Below, piece after piece: positions 23,628-32,751 of a stretch of DNA of 64,000 bases; position 1 is the first letter of the stretch, and the number at the start of each line of letters is the position of its first letter. Both the position numbers and the translations under genes were made by a program. The DNA comes from Thermoanaerobaculia bacterium (lineage in GTDB: Bacteria; Acidobacteriota; Thermoanaerobaculia; Multivoradales; Multivoraceae). The notes beneath the pieces were generated by a model. It was not told where the DNA came from, made no database searches, and saw nothing but the letters and a program-made list of their open reading frames with translations. The stretch is from NCBI GenBank assembly GCA_963666565.1, contig OY762911.1:1376001-1440000 (forward strand), written 5' to 3'.

Positions 23628-25637
23628 ATGACATCCGACCCACGCCGCCTCCTGCTGCCGTTCCTCGTGCTCGCCGTCCCCGCCTGCGCGGCGCCGGACG
23701 GCGACGGCGCCGCGAACGGGGCCATTCCAGGCGCCGCCGTCACCCGCACGGAAGACCGGCCCGCCTGCCTCGACGCCACGCCGCTCCGCCAGGCGCTGTT
23801 CGGCGACCTGCACGTCCACACCAGCTTCTCGTTCGACGCCGCGGCCAACAGCACCGGCGCGACGCCGGCGGACGCCTACCGCTTCGCGAAGGGCGAGTCG
23901 ATCCCGTTCTGGCCCATCGGCGCGGACGGCGCGCCCGAGGGCAGCATCGCGATCGACCGGCCGCTCGACTTCGTGGCGGTCACCGACCACGGCGAGTTTC
24001 TGGGCGAACGCCGCCTGTGCCGGGATCCGGAGTCGCCGCGTTACGGCTCGGAGTTCTGCACGACGTTCCGCTCGGACCAGCGCGTGGGAATGCAGATGCT
24101 CGGCGCCGTCATCACGACCGAGACGCCGAGCAGGACCGAGGAACTGTGCGGCGAGGACGGGTCGCTCTGCCGCGATTGGGCAATGAGCCCGTGGCAGGAG
24201 ATCATCGAAGCGGCCGAGGATGCCTACGACCGGACAGGCGCGTGCAGTTTCACCACCTTCGTGGGCTACGAGTACACCGGCACGCCGGGGATCTCGAATT
24301 ACCATCGAAACGTCGTCTTCCGGAGCGCGGACGTGCCGGAGCTGCCGGTTTCCTACATCGACGCGCCGACGGACAGCCTGCTCTGGGAGCGGCTCGATGA
24401 AGTCTGCGGCGACGGGTCGGCGCGGCCCGGTTGCGACTACCTGACGATCCCGCACAACAGCAATCTCGCGAACGGCCGGATGGCGCCGTACCGGGGACTG
24501 GACGGAACGCTCGAAGCGCGCCGCGCCTACGCGGAGAAGCGGCTGGAGCGCGAGCCGATCGTCGAGATCTTCCAGCACAAGGGCGGCTCCGAGTGCATCA
24601 ACGGCCTGGCCTCCGTGTTCGCCGAACCGGACGAACTGTGCGACGTGGAGGCGGTGCGGGTGCTGGGTCGCGAAGAGACGGTCCAGTCCCTCCTCCAGGG
24701 CGAACTCACCGAGATCACCGGGGAGTGCCCGGAGGGTGAGAACGGCAACCAGGGCATGCTCGGCGCCGGCTGCGTCGACCGGACCGACTTTGTTCGCTCC
24801 GCGCTCGTCGTCGGCCTGGAGGAGGAGATGGAGACCGGCCTCAATCCGGTCAAGCTCGGCATCGTCGCGTCCACGGACACGCACACGGCGACGCCGGGAG
24901 CCGTGGCGGAAGAGGACTGGCGCGGCGCGGTTTCCCTGGAGGCGACGCCGGCGGAGCGCCTTCAGCCCGGTCTCCTGACCAGCGGCATCGACGGCAACCC
25001 CGGCGGCCTGGCCGGCGTCTGGGCGGTCGAGAACTCCCGCGACGCGATCTTCGAGGCGATGGAGCGGCGCGAAGTGTTCGGCACCTCGGGTCCGCGGATC
25101 CGCCCGCGGTTCTTCGGCGGCTGGGGCTACGCCGGGAACCTGTGCGACCGGACCGATCTGCTCGATCAGGCCTACGCCGGCGGCGTGCCGATGGGCGCCG
25201 ACCTGCCGGCGTCCGCCGACGGCGCCGCGCCGACCTTCCTCGCCTTCGCCGCCCGGGACCCGGCGGACGGCGCCGGACTCCTGCAGCAGCTCCAGCTCGT
25301 CAAGGGCTGGGTCGACGCCGACGGCACGGGCCGCACCCAGGTCGTCCCGATCGCCGGATCGCCCGACAACGGAGCGAGCGTCGATCCGTTGACGGGCGAG
25401 CGGAGCGGCCAAGGCCACGACAGCCTCTGCGCCGTCTACCGCGACGAGGAGTTCGATGCCGGTCAGCACGCCTACTACTATCTGCGGGTGGTGGAGAACC
25501 CCAGCCTGCGCTGGAGCTGGTACGACTGCCAGCGCCTCGCCGAGGAAGACCGGCCCGCCGTGTGCTCGGACGGGTCCTACCTCGAGACGATCCAGGAGAT
25601 GGCCTGGACCTCGCCGATCTGGTACCGGCCGGAGTAG
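23628..25637 (+). CDS. DUF3604 family lipoprotein (PHP-like metallohydrolase)
   Basis: FGDLHVHTSFSFDA, PLDF.AVTDH, YEYT, HRNVVFR, IPHNSN, STDTH, GTSGPRI, YY.RV.ENP, QE.AWTSPIWY. Confidence 0.9.
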   Translation: MTSDPRRLLLPFLVLAVPACAAPDGDGAANGAIPGAAVTRTEDRPACLDATPLRQALFGDLHVHTSFSFDAAANSTGATPADAYRFAKGESIPFWPIGADGAPEGSIAIDRPLDFVAVTDHGEFLGERRLCRDPESPRYGSEFCTTFRSDQRVGMQMLGAVITTETPSRTEELCGEDGSLCRDWAMSPWQEIIEAAEDAYDRTGACSFTTFVGYEYTGTPGISNYHRNVVFRSADVPELPVSYIDAPTDSLLWERLDEVCGDGSARPGCDYLTIPHNSNLANGRMAPYRGLDGTLEARRAYAEKRLEREPIVEIFQHKGGSECINGLASVFAEPDELCDVEAVRVLGREETVQSLLQGELTEITGECPEGENGNQGMLGAGCVDRTDFVRSALVVGLEEEMETGLNPVKLGIVASTDTHTATPGAVAEEDWRGAVSLEATPAERLQPGLLTSGIDGNPGGLAGVWAVENSRDAIFEAMERREVFGTSGPRIRPRFFGGWGYAGNLCDRTDLLDQAYAGGVPMGADLPASADGAAPTFLAFAARDPADGAGLLQQLQLVKGWVDADGTGRTQVVPIAGSPDNGASVDPLTGERSGQGHDSLCAVYRDEEFDAGQHAYYYLRVVENPSLRWSWYDCQRLAEEDRPAVCSDGSYLETIQEMAWTSPIWYRPE

Positions 25638-25644
25638 GAACGAC

Positions 25645-27357
25645 GTGGCGGAAACCTCACGGAGGGCGTCGCTTCCGGGACCGGGTGCGCGGGTCTGCCA
25701 TCCGTGCGCCCGAATGACGGACGCACGGACTGGGTCACGGGTGGCGCGGTTCGCGCCACCCGGGTTCCGACCCGCATCCGGCGCGAAGCGCCGGTCTGAA
25801 AGACAACCAACCCATTGGGCGAGCAGCTTCGTCGCGTCACGGATCGCGGTCACCGCGGTTCTCCTCGCCGCCTGCGCCGACGCCGGCGGGAACCCGCCGC
25901 CGGCCGCCAGCCAGGAACCGACGCTCGGCGAGAGCCTGGTCGCCCGCGGCCAGGAACACGAACTCGACACCGTCCGCGTGCCGCCGCCGGGCGACTTCAT
26001 CGAGCACGAAGCCGCCGGCTTCGCCAAGGTCCTGTGCTCCGCCGTCTTCCTGACCGGACTCGACTTCGAGGGCGCCCAGACCTGGATCGGCGGGTTCACT
26101 TCCCGCCACCGCTACCGCGACCGGCTGCCGGGTCGTCAACTCGACCGTGAGAACCGGCGCGTGCACATCACGACCGACACGGGCGTCACCCGCACCGCGG
26201 TGCTCCACGGCGATCAGGGCTGCGTCGCCCTGCCCAGCGGGGAAGACGCCCCGTTCTACGAGACCGTTCCCGTCACCAGCACCCTCGACGAGAGCGCCCC
26301 CTGGCCGATGGGCGACGCGCTGCCCGACGAGCCGCTGCCCGACGACATCGACGCGGCGAAGCTCGCCGCGGCGGTGGACGCCGCCTTCGACCCGGACGCG
26401 ATGACCCTCGCCTTCGTCGTCCTCCACCGCGGCCGCCTGATCGCCGAGCGCTACCGCGAGGGGATCGACAAGGACACGCCGCTCGAGAGCTGGTCGATGA
26501 ACAAGAGCCTGTCGGCCACGCTGATGGGCGTCCTGATCGAGCAGGGCGCCTACGCGCTCGACCAGTTGGCGCCGGTCGACTCCTGGCACGAGGACCCGGA
26601 CGACGTTCGCGGCACGATCCGCATCCAGGACATCCTCCGCATGTCGAGCGGCCTGCGCTGCGTGAACGCCGGCGACCCGGAGTACGACGAGGCCGCGATG
26701 GGCTATCCGGACCACCTCTATCTCTACACCGGCACGGTGAACTCCCACCTCTGGGCCACCGAACGGCCGCCGCAATGGCCGCCGAACACGATCGGCCGCT
26801 ACCGGAACTGCGACCCGATCCTGACCAACCACCTGGTGCGTCTGGCCGTCGAGGGCCGCGGCGACAACTACCACCGGTTCCCCCAGAAGCACCTCTTCGA
26901 CCGGATCGGCGTCCGGCGCTTCGTCGCCGAGGCGGACCCCTACGGCAACTTCCTGCTGAACGGCTACGGCTTCGGGTCCGGCCGCACCTGGGCGCGTCTC
27001 GGCCAGCTCTACCTGGACGACGGCATCGCGCCCACGGGCGAGCGCGTGCTCCCCGAGAGCTTCGTCGAGTTCGTCAGCACCCCGGCGCCGGCCTGGGTCG
27101 CCGACGGCCGGCCGATCTACGGCGGCTTCTTCTGGATCAACAACCCGCCGCGCGGCGGCGGCAAGCGCTACCCGTCACTGCCGAACAGCGCGTTCAGCAT
27201 GCAGGGCGCCGGCGGCCAGAGCACGATCGTCGTGCCGTCGCACGAGATGGTGGTGGTGCGGCTCGGGCTCTACGAGGGGTCGTTCGGCGGGCATGCCGAT
27301 GCGTCGCTGCAGAGCGCACTGGCTCTGCTGGTCGAGGCGATTCCGGTGGCGCGCTGA
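25645..27357 (+). CDS. Serine hydrolase (beta-lactamase class C/NylB-like) lipoprotein; start uncertain
   Basis: SWSMNKS (SxxK), LRMSSGL, YRN, ARLGQLYL.DG, GAGGQ...VVP...VVVRLG; lipobox LLAAC; GTG 25645 has AGGA upstream. Confidence 0.85.
   Translation: MAETSRRASLPGPGARVCHPCARMTDARTGSRVARFAPPGFRPASGAKRRSERQPTHWASSFVASRIAVTAVLLAACADAGGNPPPAASQEPTLGESLVARGQEHELDTVRVPPPGDFIEHEAAGFAKVLCSAVFLTGLDFEGAQTWIGGFTSRHRYRDRLPGRQLDRENRRVHITTDTGVTRTAVLHGDQGCVALPSGEDAPFYETVPVTSTLDESAPWPMGDALPDEPLPDDIDAAKLAAAVDAAFDPDAMTLAFVVLHRGRLIAERYREGIDKDTPLESWSMNKSLSATLMGVLIEQGAYALDQLAPVDSWHEDPDDVRGTIRIQDILRMSSGLRCVNAGDPEYDEAAMGYPDHLYLYTGTVNSHLWATERPPQWPPNTIGRYRNCDPILTNHLVRLAVEGRGDNYHRFPQKHLFDRIGVRRFVAEADPYGNFLLNGYGFGSGRTWARLGQLYLDDGIAPTGERVLPESFVEFVSTPAPAWVADGRPIYGGFFWINNPPRGGGKRYPSLPNSAFSMQGAGGQSTIVVPSHEMVVVRLGLYEGSFGGHADASLQSALALLVEAIPVAR
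25681..25795 (+). repeat. Degenerate REP-like cluster inside 5' end of serine hydrolase ORF
   Basis: CCGGGTGCGCGGGTCTGCCATCCG and TTCCGACCCGCAT-CCGGCGC-GAA-GCGCCGG. Confidence 0.7.
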
Positions 27358-27536
27358 GCGTCCGCGGCGACTGCCTGCTCGAGTAGGTCAGACTTCGTCG
27401 CAAGATCGCGGTGGCCGCTTTGAATGGCGCCGATCAGATCGCCAGCCAGTTCGGCACAAGTCGGCGTTGCCGGCGGCCGCTTGACTGAGCGTGCGGGTAT
27501 GCGCTGGATCGTAGTACGATTCGCTGCTAGTGTGAT

Positions 27537-27553
27537 CTAGCTAGACTAGCTAG
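27537..27553. promoter_or_regulatory. Palindromic operator of Phd-VapC TA operon
   Basis: Perfect palindrome CTAGCTAG-A-CTAGCTAG abutting the AGGAGG RBS of the antitoxin. Confidence 0.7.
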
Positions 27554-27564
27554 GAGGAAGCAAG

Positions 27565-27795
27565 ATGCTCGTCAACATGCACGCCGCCAAGTCACAATTG
27601 TCGAAGCTCATCGTCGCCGCCGAAGCGGGCGACGACGTGATCATCGCCCGCAGGGGCAAGCCCGCGGTGAGGCTGGTTCCGGTGACGTCGAAGACGTTCC
27701 GTTTCGGCAGTTTGGCGCATCTCGTCAAGACCGTGCCTCACTTCGATGAAGCGATGGACGAGACCGAACTGGCTCTCTGGGAGGGAACGTCCTGA
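27565..27795 (+). CDS. Phd/YefM-family antitoxin
   Basis: VNMHAAKSQLSKLI..AEAGDDVIIARRGKP.VRLVP. Confidence 0.92.
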   Translation: MLVNMHAAKSQLSKLIVAAEAGDDVIIARRGKPAVRLVPVTSKTFRFGSLAHLVKTVPHFDEAMDETELALWEGTS

Positions 27796-28187
27796 GTTCG
27801 GTCCTGCTGGACACTCACGCGTGGATCTGGAGCCTCATGGCGCCGGACCGTCTCGCCGGCGCTGCGGAGGCCGCCGTGCTCGATGCCGACGTGGTCTATG
27901 TCAGCCCGATCAGCGTCTACGAGGTGACGAGAAAGGTGCGACTGGGCAAATGGCAGGAAATGGCGCCGCACGTCGACGCCTTGGTGACCGAGACCGAGAC
28001 CCTGGCTGCTCCCTTCACTCGGGCCATCGCAGCTCGGGCCGGAATGCTCGGCTGGGCGCATCGCGATCCGTTCGATCGTTTCATCGCCTCCTCCTCGATC
28101 GAACTGGGCTGCCCGCTGATCTCCAAGGACGCAGAGTTCGACGCACTCGAAGGGACGTCGGGCTGGCGGGGGCGGATCTGGTCCTGA
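27792..28187 (+). CDS. vapC: PIN-domain (VapC-like) toxin, apparently with CTG start
   Basis: VLLDTH.WIW, VSPIS.YE, HRDPFDR.I, LISKD..FD; the LLDTH motif lies upstream of the first ATG (27837); CTGA overlap with antitoxin stop. Confidence 0.88.
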   Translation: MSSVLLDTHAWIWSLMAPDRLAGAAEAAVLDADVVYVSPISVYEVTRKVRLGKWQEMAPHVDALVTETETLAAPFTRAIAARAGMLGWAHRDPFDRFIASSSIELGCPLISKDAEFDALEGTSGWRGRIWS

Positions 28188-28232
28188 CCGCCGAGTCGGC
28201 GCCGCTGTCGATGAGCGGCGCACTCAGTGGTG

Positions 28233-30209
28233 CTACGCGTCGGGTTCTTCAGTGATCAGGATGTTGCCCAGCGCGCCTGCGTCGAGTTCCCCGTCGCCGG
28301 CCGGGAACTCGTTCACCTGCAGCATGTAGGTGAGGATGTCGAGGTAGGTTTCCCGCGGCAGGCTGGCCGGATTGTCGGTCGGCATGGTGGTCCGGATCGC
28401 CTCATACAGTTCGTGCAGCGTTTTGTCTCCCCACAGGAACTGGAAGCTGACGCCGACGAGGCCGGGGGAGTTGCTGCCGCCGCCGAGATCTTCGCCGTGG
28501 CAGGTGGCGCAGTTCTGGACATACGGCCTGGTGCCTCGCTCCGCCTGCTCGACGGTGTAGACGCCGTCCCAGACGGTGAGGGAGGCGCCGGCCGTCGCCG
28601 CTGCTCCGCCGCGGTCCGCCGCCGTGGTGCGGGTTCGTTCGGCCGTCGCCTGCAAGTCGGCGGGCAGCGCGAAGACGTGGATCGAGTTGCCGTTGGTCGG
28701 GCGCCGCACGTGGGGGATGAGGTCCCGCGGCACCATCGTGGCCCAACTGGCGCCGCCCGTGCCCACAGGAATCGCCACGTACTGGCGGCCCCCGGCGAGA
28801 TAGGTCACCGGGAAGCCCTGGGCCGATGTGGGCAGCCGGGTCTGCCAGAGGATGCGGCCGGTCCGCGCCTCGTAGGCGTACACGTAGCGGTCGTAGTCGC
28901 CGGCGAAGACGACGCCGCCGCCGGTCGCCAGCGCGGCGGTGTTCATCGGCGACAGGGTCCGGTGCCGCCACATGATGTCGCCCTCCCTGACGTCGATCAC
29001 CATCAGCTCGCCGAGGTTGCCTCCCGAGTAGGGATGCAGCGTGTTGATGCGGCGTACCGGGCCGGCGCCGCCGCCGCCGAGGACGCGCTCGACGGGGCCG
29101 AAGGTGGCGAGTTCGCAGTTCATCGTCATCGGGATGTAGAGGGCGCCCGTGTTCGGGTCGTAGGACATGGCGCGCCAGCTCTTGAACCCGGATGTGCTCG
29201 GGCACATGTTGATCTCGACGCCGATCTCCGGGATCAGTTCCGGGCGGTAGGTCACCTCGCCCGTCTCGCGGTCGACGTCGACGAGGTTCTGGTAGCCGAC
29301 ATCGATCGCGTCCAGGAACTCACCCGTCTCCCGGTCTAGCTCCCACAGGATGCCGAGCTTGCCCATCTTGTAGAGCTTCTTCCGGCCCTCGACATCGATG
29401 AGGAGCGTCTCGAAGACTTCGTCCATGTCGTGGGTCTCGCCGGGCAGGTACTGGTAGTACCAGAGCAGCTCGCCGGTGTCGGGGTCGAGCGCAAGGCTGG
29501 AGTTCGTGTACAGCGCGTCGCCGTCCGTGCCGCGGACGGAGCGGGCCCACGGCTTGGCCTGGGAGGTGGCCCAGTAGACGATCCTGAGTTCCGGGTCGTA
29601 GCTGCCGGCGATCCAGGCGTCGCTGCCGGCACGGAAGCGGAGCGGCAGGTCGCCCCAGGTATCGCCGCCCGGCTCGCCGGGGCGCGCCACGGTCGAGGTG
29701 CGCCAGATCTCCTCGCCGGTGTCCGGATCGTGGCCGGTGATGAAGCAGACGTCGTCCTTGTAGCGGCCGCAGCCGGTGATGCCGGTGACCAGCTTGCCGT
29801 CGGCAACGATCGGGCCGGCGGTGTAGCGGTAGCCGAGAGCCGGGTCGGCGGTCCGCGTCTCCCAGATCGGCTTCCCGTCGCGGGCGTCCAGCGCGAAGAT
29901 CGTCGCCCAAGGGCTGGCGCCGAAGATGCGGTCGCCGAAGATCGCGATGTTCTTCTGCACGCCGCGGCCGAAGGCGCCCGATCCGTCGCCCACGGGTTCC
30001 GGCCGATACTCCCAGAGCAGATCCCCGGTGGCGGCGTCCAAGGCCTGGACCACCGCGCCGGGGTTGGGCAGGTACATGACGCCGTTGTGGATCAGCGGCG
30101 CGGCCTCCTGCGGGGCGGTCTCCTGAGCGGCCGTTTCCTGGGCGGCCGGGCCGGCGCTCAGGAACGACATCGCGGCCAGCGAGCAGGCGAGGCGCGTCAA
30201 CGACTTCAT
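28233..30209 (-). CDS. PQQ beta-propeller dehydrogenase with C-terminal cytochrome c domain
   Basis: ALDA.TG..LW repeats, GSYDPEL..VYW, YTNS.LALD..TG...WYYQ, GFPVTY..GGRQYVA; CATCHG and MP in C-terminal domain; N-terminal segment appears shortened. Confidence 0.88.
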   Translation of the reverse strand: MKSLTRLACSLAAMSFLSAGPAAQETAAQETAPQEAAPLIHNGVMYLPNPGAVVQALDAATGDLLWEYRPEPVGDGSGAFGRGVQKNIAIFGDRIFGASPWATIFALDARDGKPIWETRTADPALGYRYTAGPIVADGKLVTGITGCGRYKDDVCFITGHDPDTGEEIWRTSTVARPGEPGGDTWGDLPLRFRAGSDAWIAGSYDPELRIVYWATSQAKPWARSVRGTDGDALYTNSSLALDPDTGELLWYYQYLPGETHDMDEVFETLLIDVEGRKKLYKMGKLGILWELDRETGEFLDAIDVGYQNLVDVDRETGEVTYRPELIPEIGVEINMCPSTSGFKSWRAMSYDPNTGALYIPMTMNCELATFGPVERVLGGGGAGPVRRINTLHPYSGGNLGELMVIDVREGDIMWRHRTLSPMNTAALATGGGVVFAGDYDRYVYAYEARTGRILWQTRLPTSAQGFPVTYLAGGRQYVAIPVGTGGASWATMVPRDLIPHVRRPTNGNSIHVFALPADLQATAERTRTTAADRGGAAATAGASLTVWDGVYTVEQAERGTRPYVQNCATCHGEDLGGGSNSPGLVGVSFQFLWGDKTLHELYEAIRTTMPTDNPASLPRETYLDILTYMLQVNEFPAGDGELDAGALGNILITEEPDA

Positions 30210-30283
30210 GCGGAACGCGCGATGCTACTTCACCGCCGAAGCCCGCATCGCATCGGGGATCGCCGAACCGGTGGCGAAGCTCC

Positions 30284-30676
30284 TCAGCCCTTGAGGCGCT
30301 TGAAGACCCAGATCGCGCTCACGGCAGCTACGCCGGCGTAGAGAAAGATGCCGAGCCCGCCAAGCGTTCCGGTGAGCCCTTCTCCGATGTACGGGATGTG
30401 CGTAAGCACTCCGTGAGCGTGCGACGCGTGCCCATGCTCGTCCATGGCGTTGCTCCACCCGGGTTCCCGCCGGCTTGCGACGCCGACCGCGATGGCCAAT
30501 ACCAGGAATCCGGTCGCGTCCTCGACATCGACCTTCACCGCGGCGTACGCGATGCCGACGACGATCAGAAGGAGCGTGTCCATCGGCACCACTTCGGGTG
30601 CGAAGCCCCTCAGGAGCGCGAGTATCGCGGCCAAGGCCACGAGGATTCTGCCAGCCGTGTCTCTGCTACTAGGCAT
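30284..30676 (-). CDS. Small 4-TM membrane protein with His-rich loop
   Basis: Hydrophobic segments; loop DEHGHASHAHG; GGAGAG RBS. Confidence 0.7.
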   Translation of the reverse strand: MPSSRDTAGRILVALAAILALLRGFAPEVVPMDTLLLIVVGIAYAAVKVDVEDATGFLVLAIAVGVASRREPGWSNAMDEHGHASHAHGVLTHIPYIGEGLTGTLGGLGIFLYAGVAAVSAIWVFKRLKG

Positions 30677-30873
30677 GTCATCTCTCCCAGGGTCCGCTCT
30701 CGCCTGATCGCGAGAAACTCATGGAGAGATTACACCTTTGCTCGGTGTACTCGTGCTCGCCGCGGGCCACCTTCGTCCAGCCCGGTCCGCGGCCGTTCCG
30801 CGCGCGATGGCGTCGCGACAGCCTTGCTAGAGTCCCGGCCTTGGTTCCCGGTGCAGGAAACGGAGGCGATGCA

Positions 30874-32751
30874 GTGAAGAGTGCTCGCGCGCTCGGAGGC
30901 GGGTCGGCGGTGACGGTCCTTGCGCTGAGCATCGGATTCGGCGCCGTACTCCAGGCCCAGGACGCGGCATCGACCTTCGTGCCGGTTACGGACGAGATGC
31001 TCCGGAATCCGCCGGCGTCGGAGTGGCTCATGTTCCGGCGCACGTTCGACAGTTGGGGGTACAGCCCGCTCGACCGGGTCGACCGCGAGAATGTCCACCG
31101 GTTGAGCCTGGTCTGGTCGCGGGAGATCGAGGTCGGCACCTCCGAGATCACGCCCTTGGCCTACGACGGCGTCCTCTACATCCCCTCCTTCGAGGACACG
31201 ATCGAGGCGTTCGACTCGACCACCGGCGCGTTCATCTGGCGCTACACGCGGGAGCAGCCCGAGGACCTCTACGCGCAGGTCGGCTTCAACGCGAAGAACA
31301 ACCGGAACATCGCGATCTACGACCGCCTGATCCTGAACAACAGCGACGACAACCACGCCTTCGCCCTCGACGCCGAGACCGGCGAGCTGGTCTGGGAGAC
31401 GCGGATCCTGGACTGGCAGGTGAATCCCGCCACCCACAGCTCGGGCCCGATCGTCGCGGACGGCCGCGTCGTCTCGGGAAGGAGCTGCCGCCCCTGGGGC
31501 GGGCCGGAGTCCTGCATCATGATCGCGCTCGACGCGCTGACCGGCGAGGAACTCTGGCGGACGCGGACCATGCCGGCCCCGGGCGAGCCGGGCGACGAGA
31601 CCTGGGGCGACGTGCCGTTCGAGAAGCGGCACCACGTCGGCACCTGGATGGTGCCGAGCTACGACCCGGAACTCGAACTCATCTACTTCGGCACCGCCGT
31701 CACCTCGCCGGCGCCGAAGTTCATGCTGGGCGGCACGGAACTCACGCACCTGTACCACAACTCGACCCTGGCGCTCGACGCGGAAACGGGCGAGATCCGT
31801 TGGTACTTCCAGCACCTGAACGACCACTGGGACCTGGACCATCCGTTCGAACGCATCCTCGTCGACCTTCCGGTTTCGCCCGACCCGGAGGCGGTGCGCT
31901 GGATCCGGGAGGGCCTCGAACCGGGAGAGACGCGCAAGGTGATGACGGGCATCCCCGGCAAGACCGGCTTCGTCTACACGCTGGACCGTGAGACCGGCGA
32001 GTTCCTGTGGGCGCGGCCGACCGTGCCGCAGAACGTCGTCGTCGACATCGATGAGACGACGGGGCGGGCGGTCGAGAACACCGAGATCGTCTTCACGGAG
32101 CTGGACCAGGAGATGCTCGTGTGCCCGACCTGGATCGGCGGCAAGGACTGGGAGGCCGGTTCCTACAGCCCGCTGACCCGGACGATGTACTACCCGCTGC
32201 GCAACATGTGCGCGCGGATGCTGGTGACGGGCGACACGAACAGCCCGCGGGCGCAGGCGTTCGAACAGCAGGTCGCGATCTACAACCTGGCCGCCGACCA
32301 CATCCAGGCGCCGGGCGAGGAGTTCCTCGGCACGGTGTACGCGATCTCGGCCGTGACCGGCGAAACGAAGTGGCTGTTCGAGACCGAAGGCGCGACCTAC
32401 TCGGTCGTTGCGACCGGCGGCGGCCTGATCTTCGGCGGCGATTCGAGCGGCAGCTTCCGCGCCTTCGACCACGAGACCGGCGACGTGCTGTGGGAGGTGA
32501 ACCTCGGCGCTCCGGCGATGGGCTACCCGATCTCCTACGCCGTGGACGGGCGGCAGTACGTCGCCATCTCGACCGGACCGGGCAGCCTCAGGCACACGCC
32601 CGAGGGCGCCGCGAGAGCCAGGGGCGGCAACCTGTACGTCTTCGCCCTGCCGGAACGCCGCCAGGAGCTTGCGCGGCAGAAACCGGGTGCGCCGGCGTCC
32701 TCGCCGGCATCCGGCGCGGAGCGCCGGCTTCAGGGCCTCCTGCCGCGCTAG
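30874..32751 (+). CDS. PQQ beta-propeller dehydrogenase
   Basis: VTDEML.NPP..EWL..RRT...GYSPL, TPL.YDGVLY, SYDPEL..IYFG, DHWDLDH, YP.SY.VDGRQYVA; GGAGG RBS before GTG 30874. Confidence 0.9.
   Translation: MKSARALGGGSAVTVLALSIGFGAVLQAQDAASTFVPVTDEMLRNPPASEWLMFRRTFDSWGYSPLDRVDRENVHRLSLVWSREIEVGTSEITPLAYDGVLYIPSFEDTIEAFDSTTGAFIWRYTREQPEDLYAQVGFNAKNNRNIAIYDRLILNNSDDNHAFALDAETGELVWETRILDWQVNPATHSSGPIVADGRVVSGRSCRPWGGPESCIMIALDALTGEELWRTRTMPAPGEPGDETWGDVPFEKRHHVGTWMVPSYDPELELIYFGTAVTSPAPKFMLGGTELTHLYHNSTLALDAETGEIRWYFQHLNDHWDLDHPFERILVDLPVSPDPEAVRWIREGLEPGETRKVMTGIPGKTGFVYTLDRETGEFLWARPTVPQNVVVDIDETTGRAVENTEIVFTELDQEMLVCPTWIGGKDWEAGSYSPLTRTMYYPLRNMCARMLVTGDTNSPRAQAFEQQVAIYNLAADHIQAPGEEFLGTVYAISAVTGETKWLFETEGATYSVVATGGGLIFGGDSSGSFRAFDHETGDVLWEVNLGAPAMGYPISYAVDGRQYVAISTGPGSLRHTPEGAARARGGNLYVFALPERRQELARQKPGAPASSPASGAERRLQGLLPR
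32664..32730 (+). repeat. REP-like element (hairpin-1 variant B) in frame at gene 3' end
   Basis: GGGTGC GCCGGCG TCCT CGCCGGC AT CCGGCGC GGA GCGCCGG; near-identical to the reverse complement of 42085-42152. Confidence 0.85.

Noticed and set aside
21969-26099. Very long ORFs 21969-25637 (+, 1222 aa) and 22062-26099 (-, 1345 aa) as giant proteins
   Set aside because: High-GC open-frame artefacts; the real genes start at 23628 (+) and 23402 (-), each with an RBS and signal peptide.
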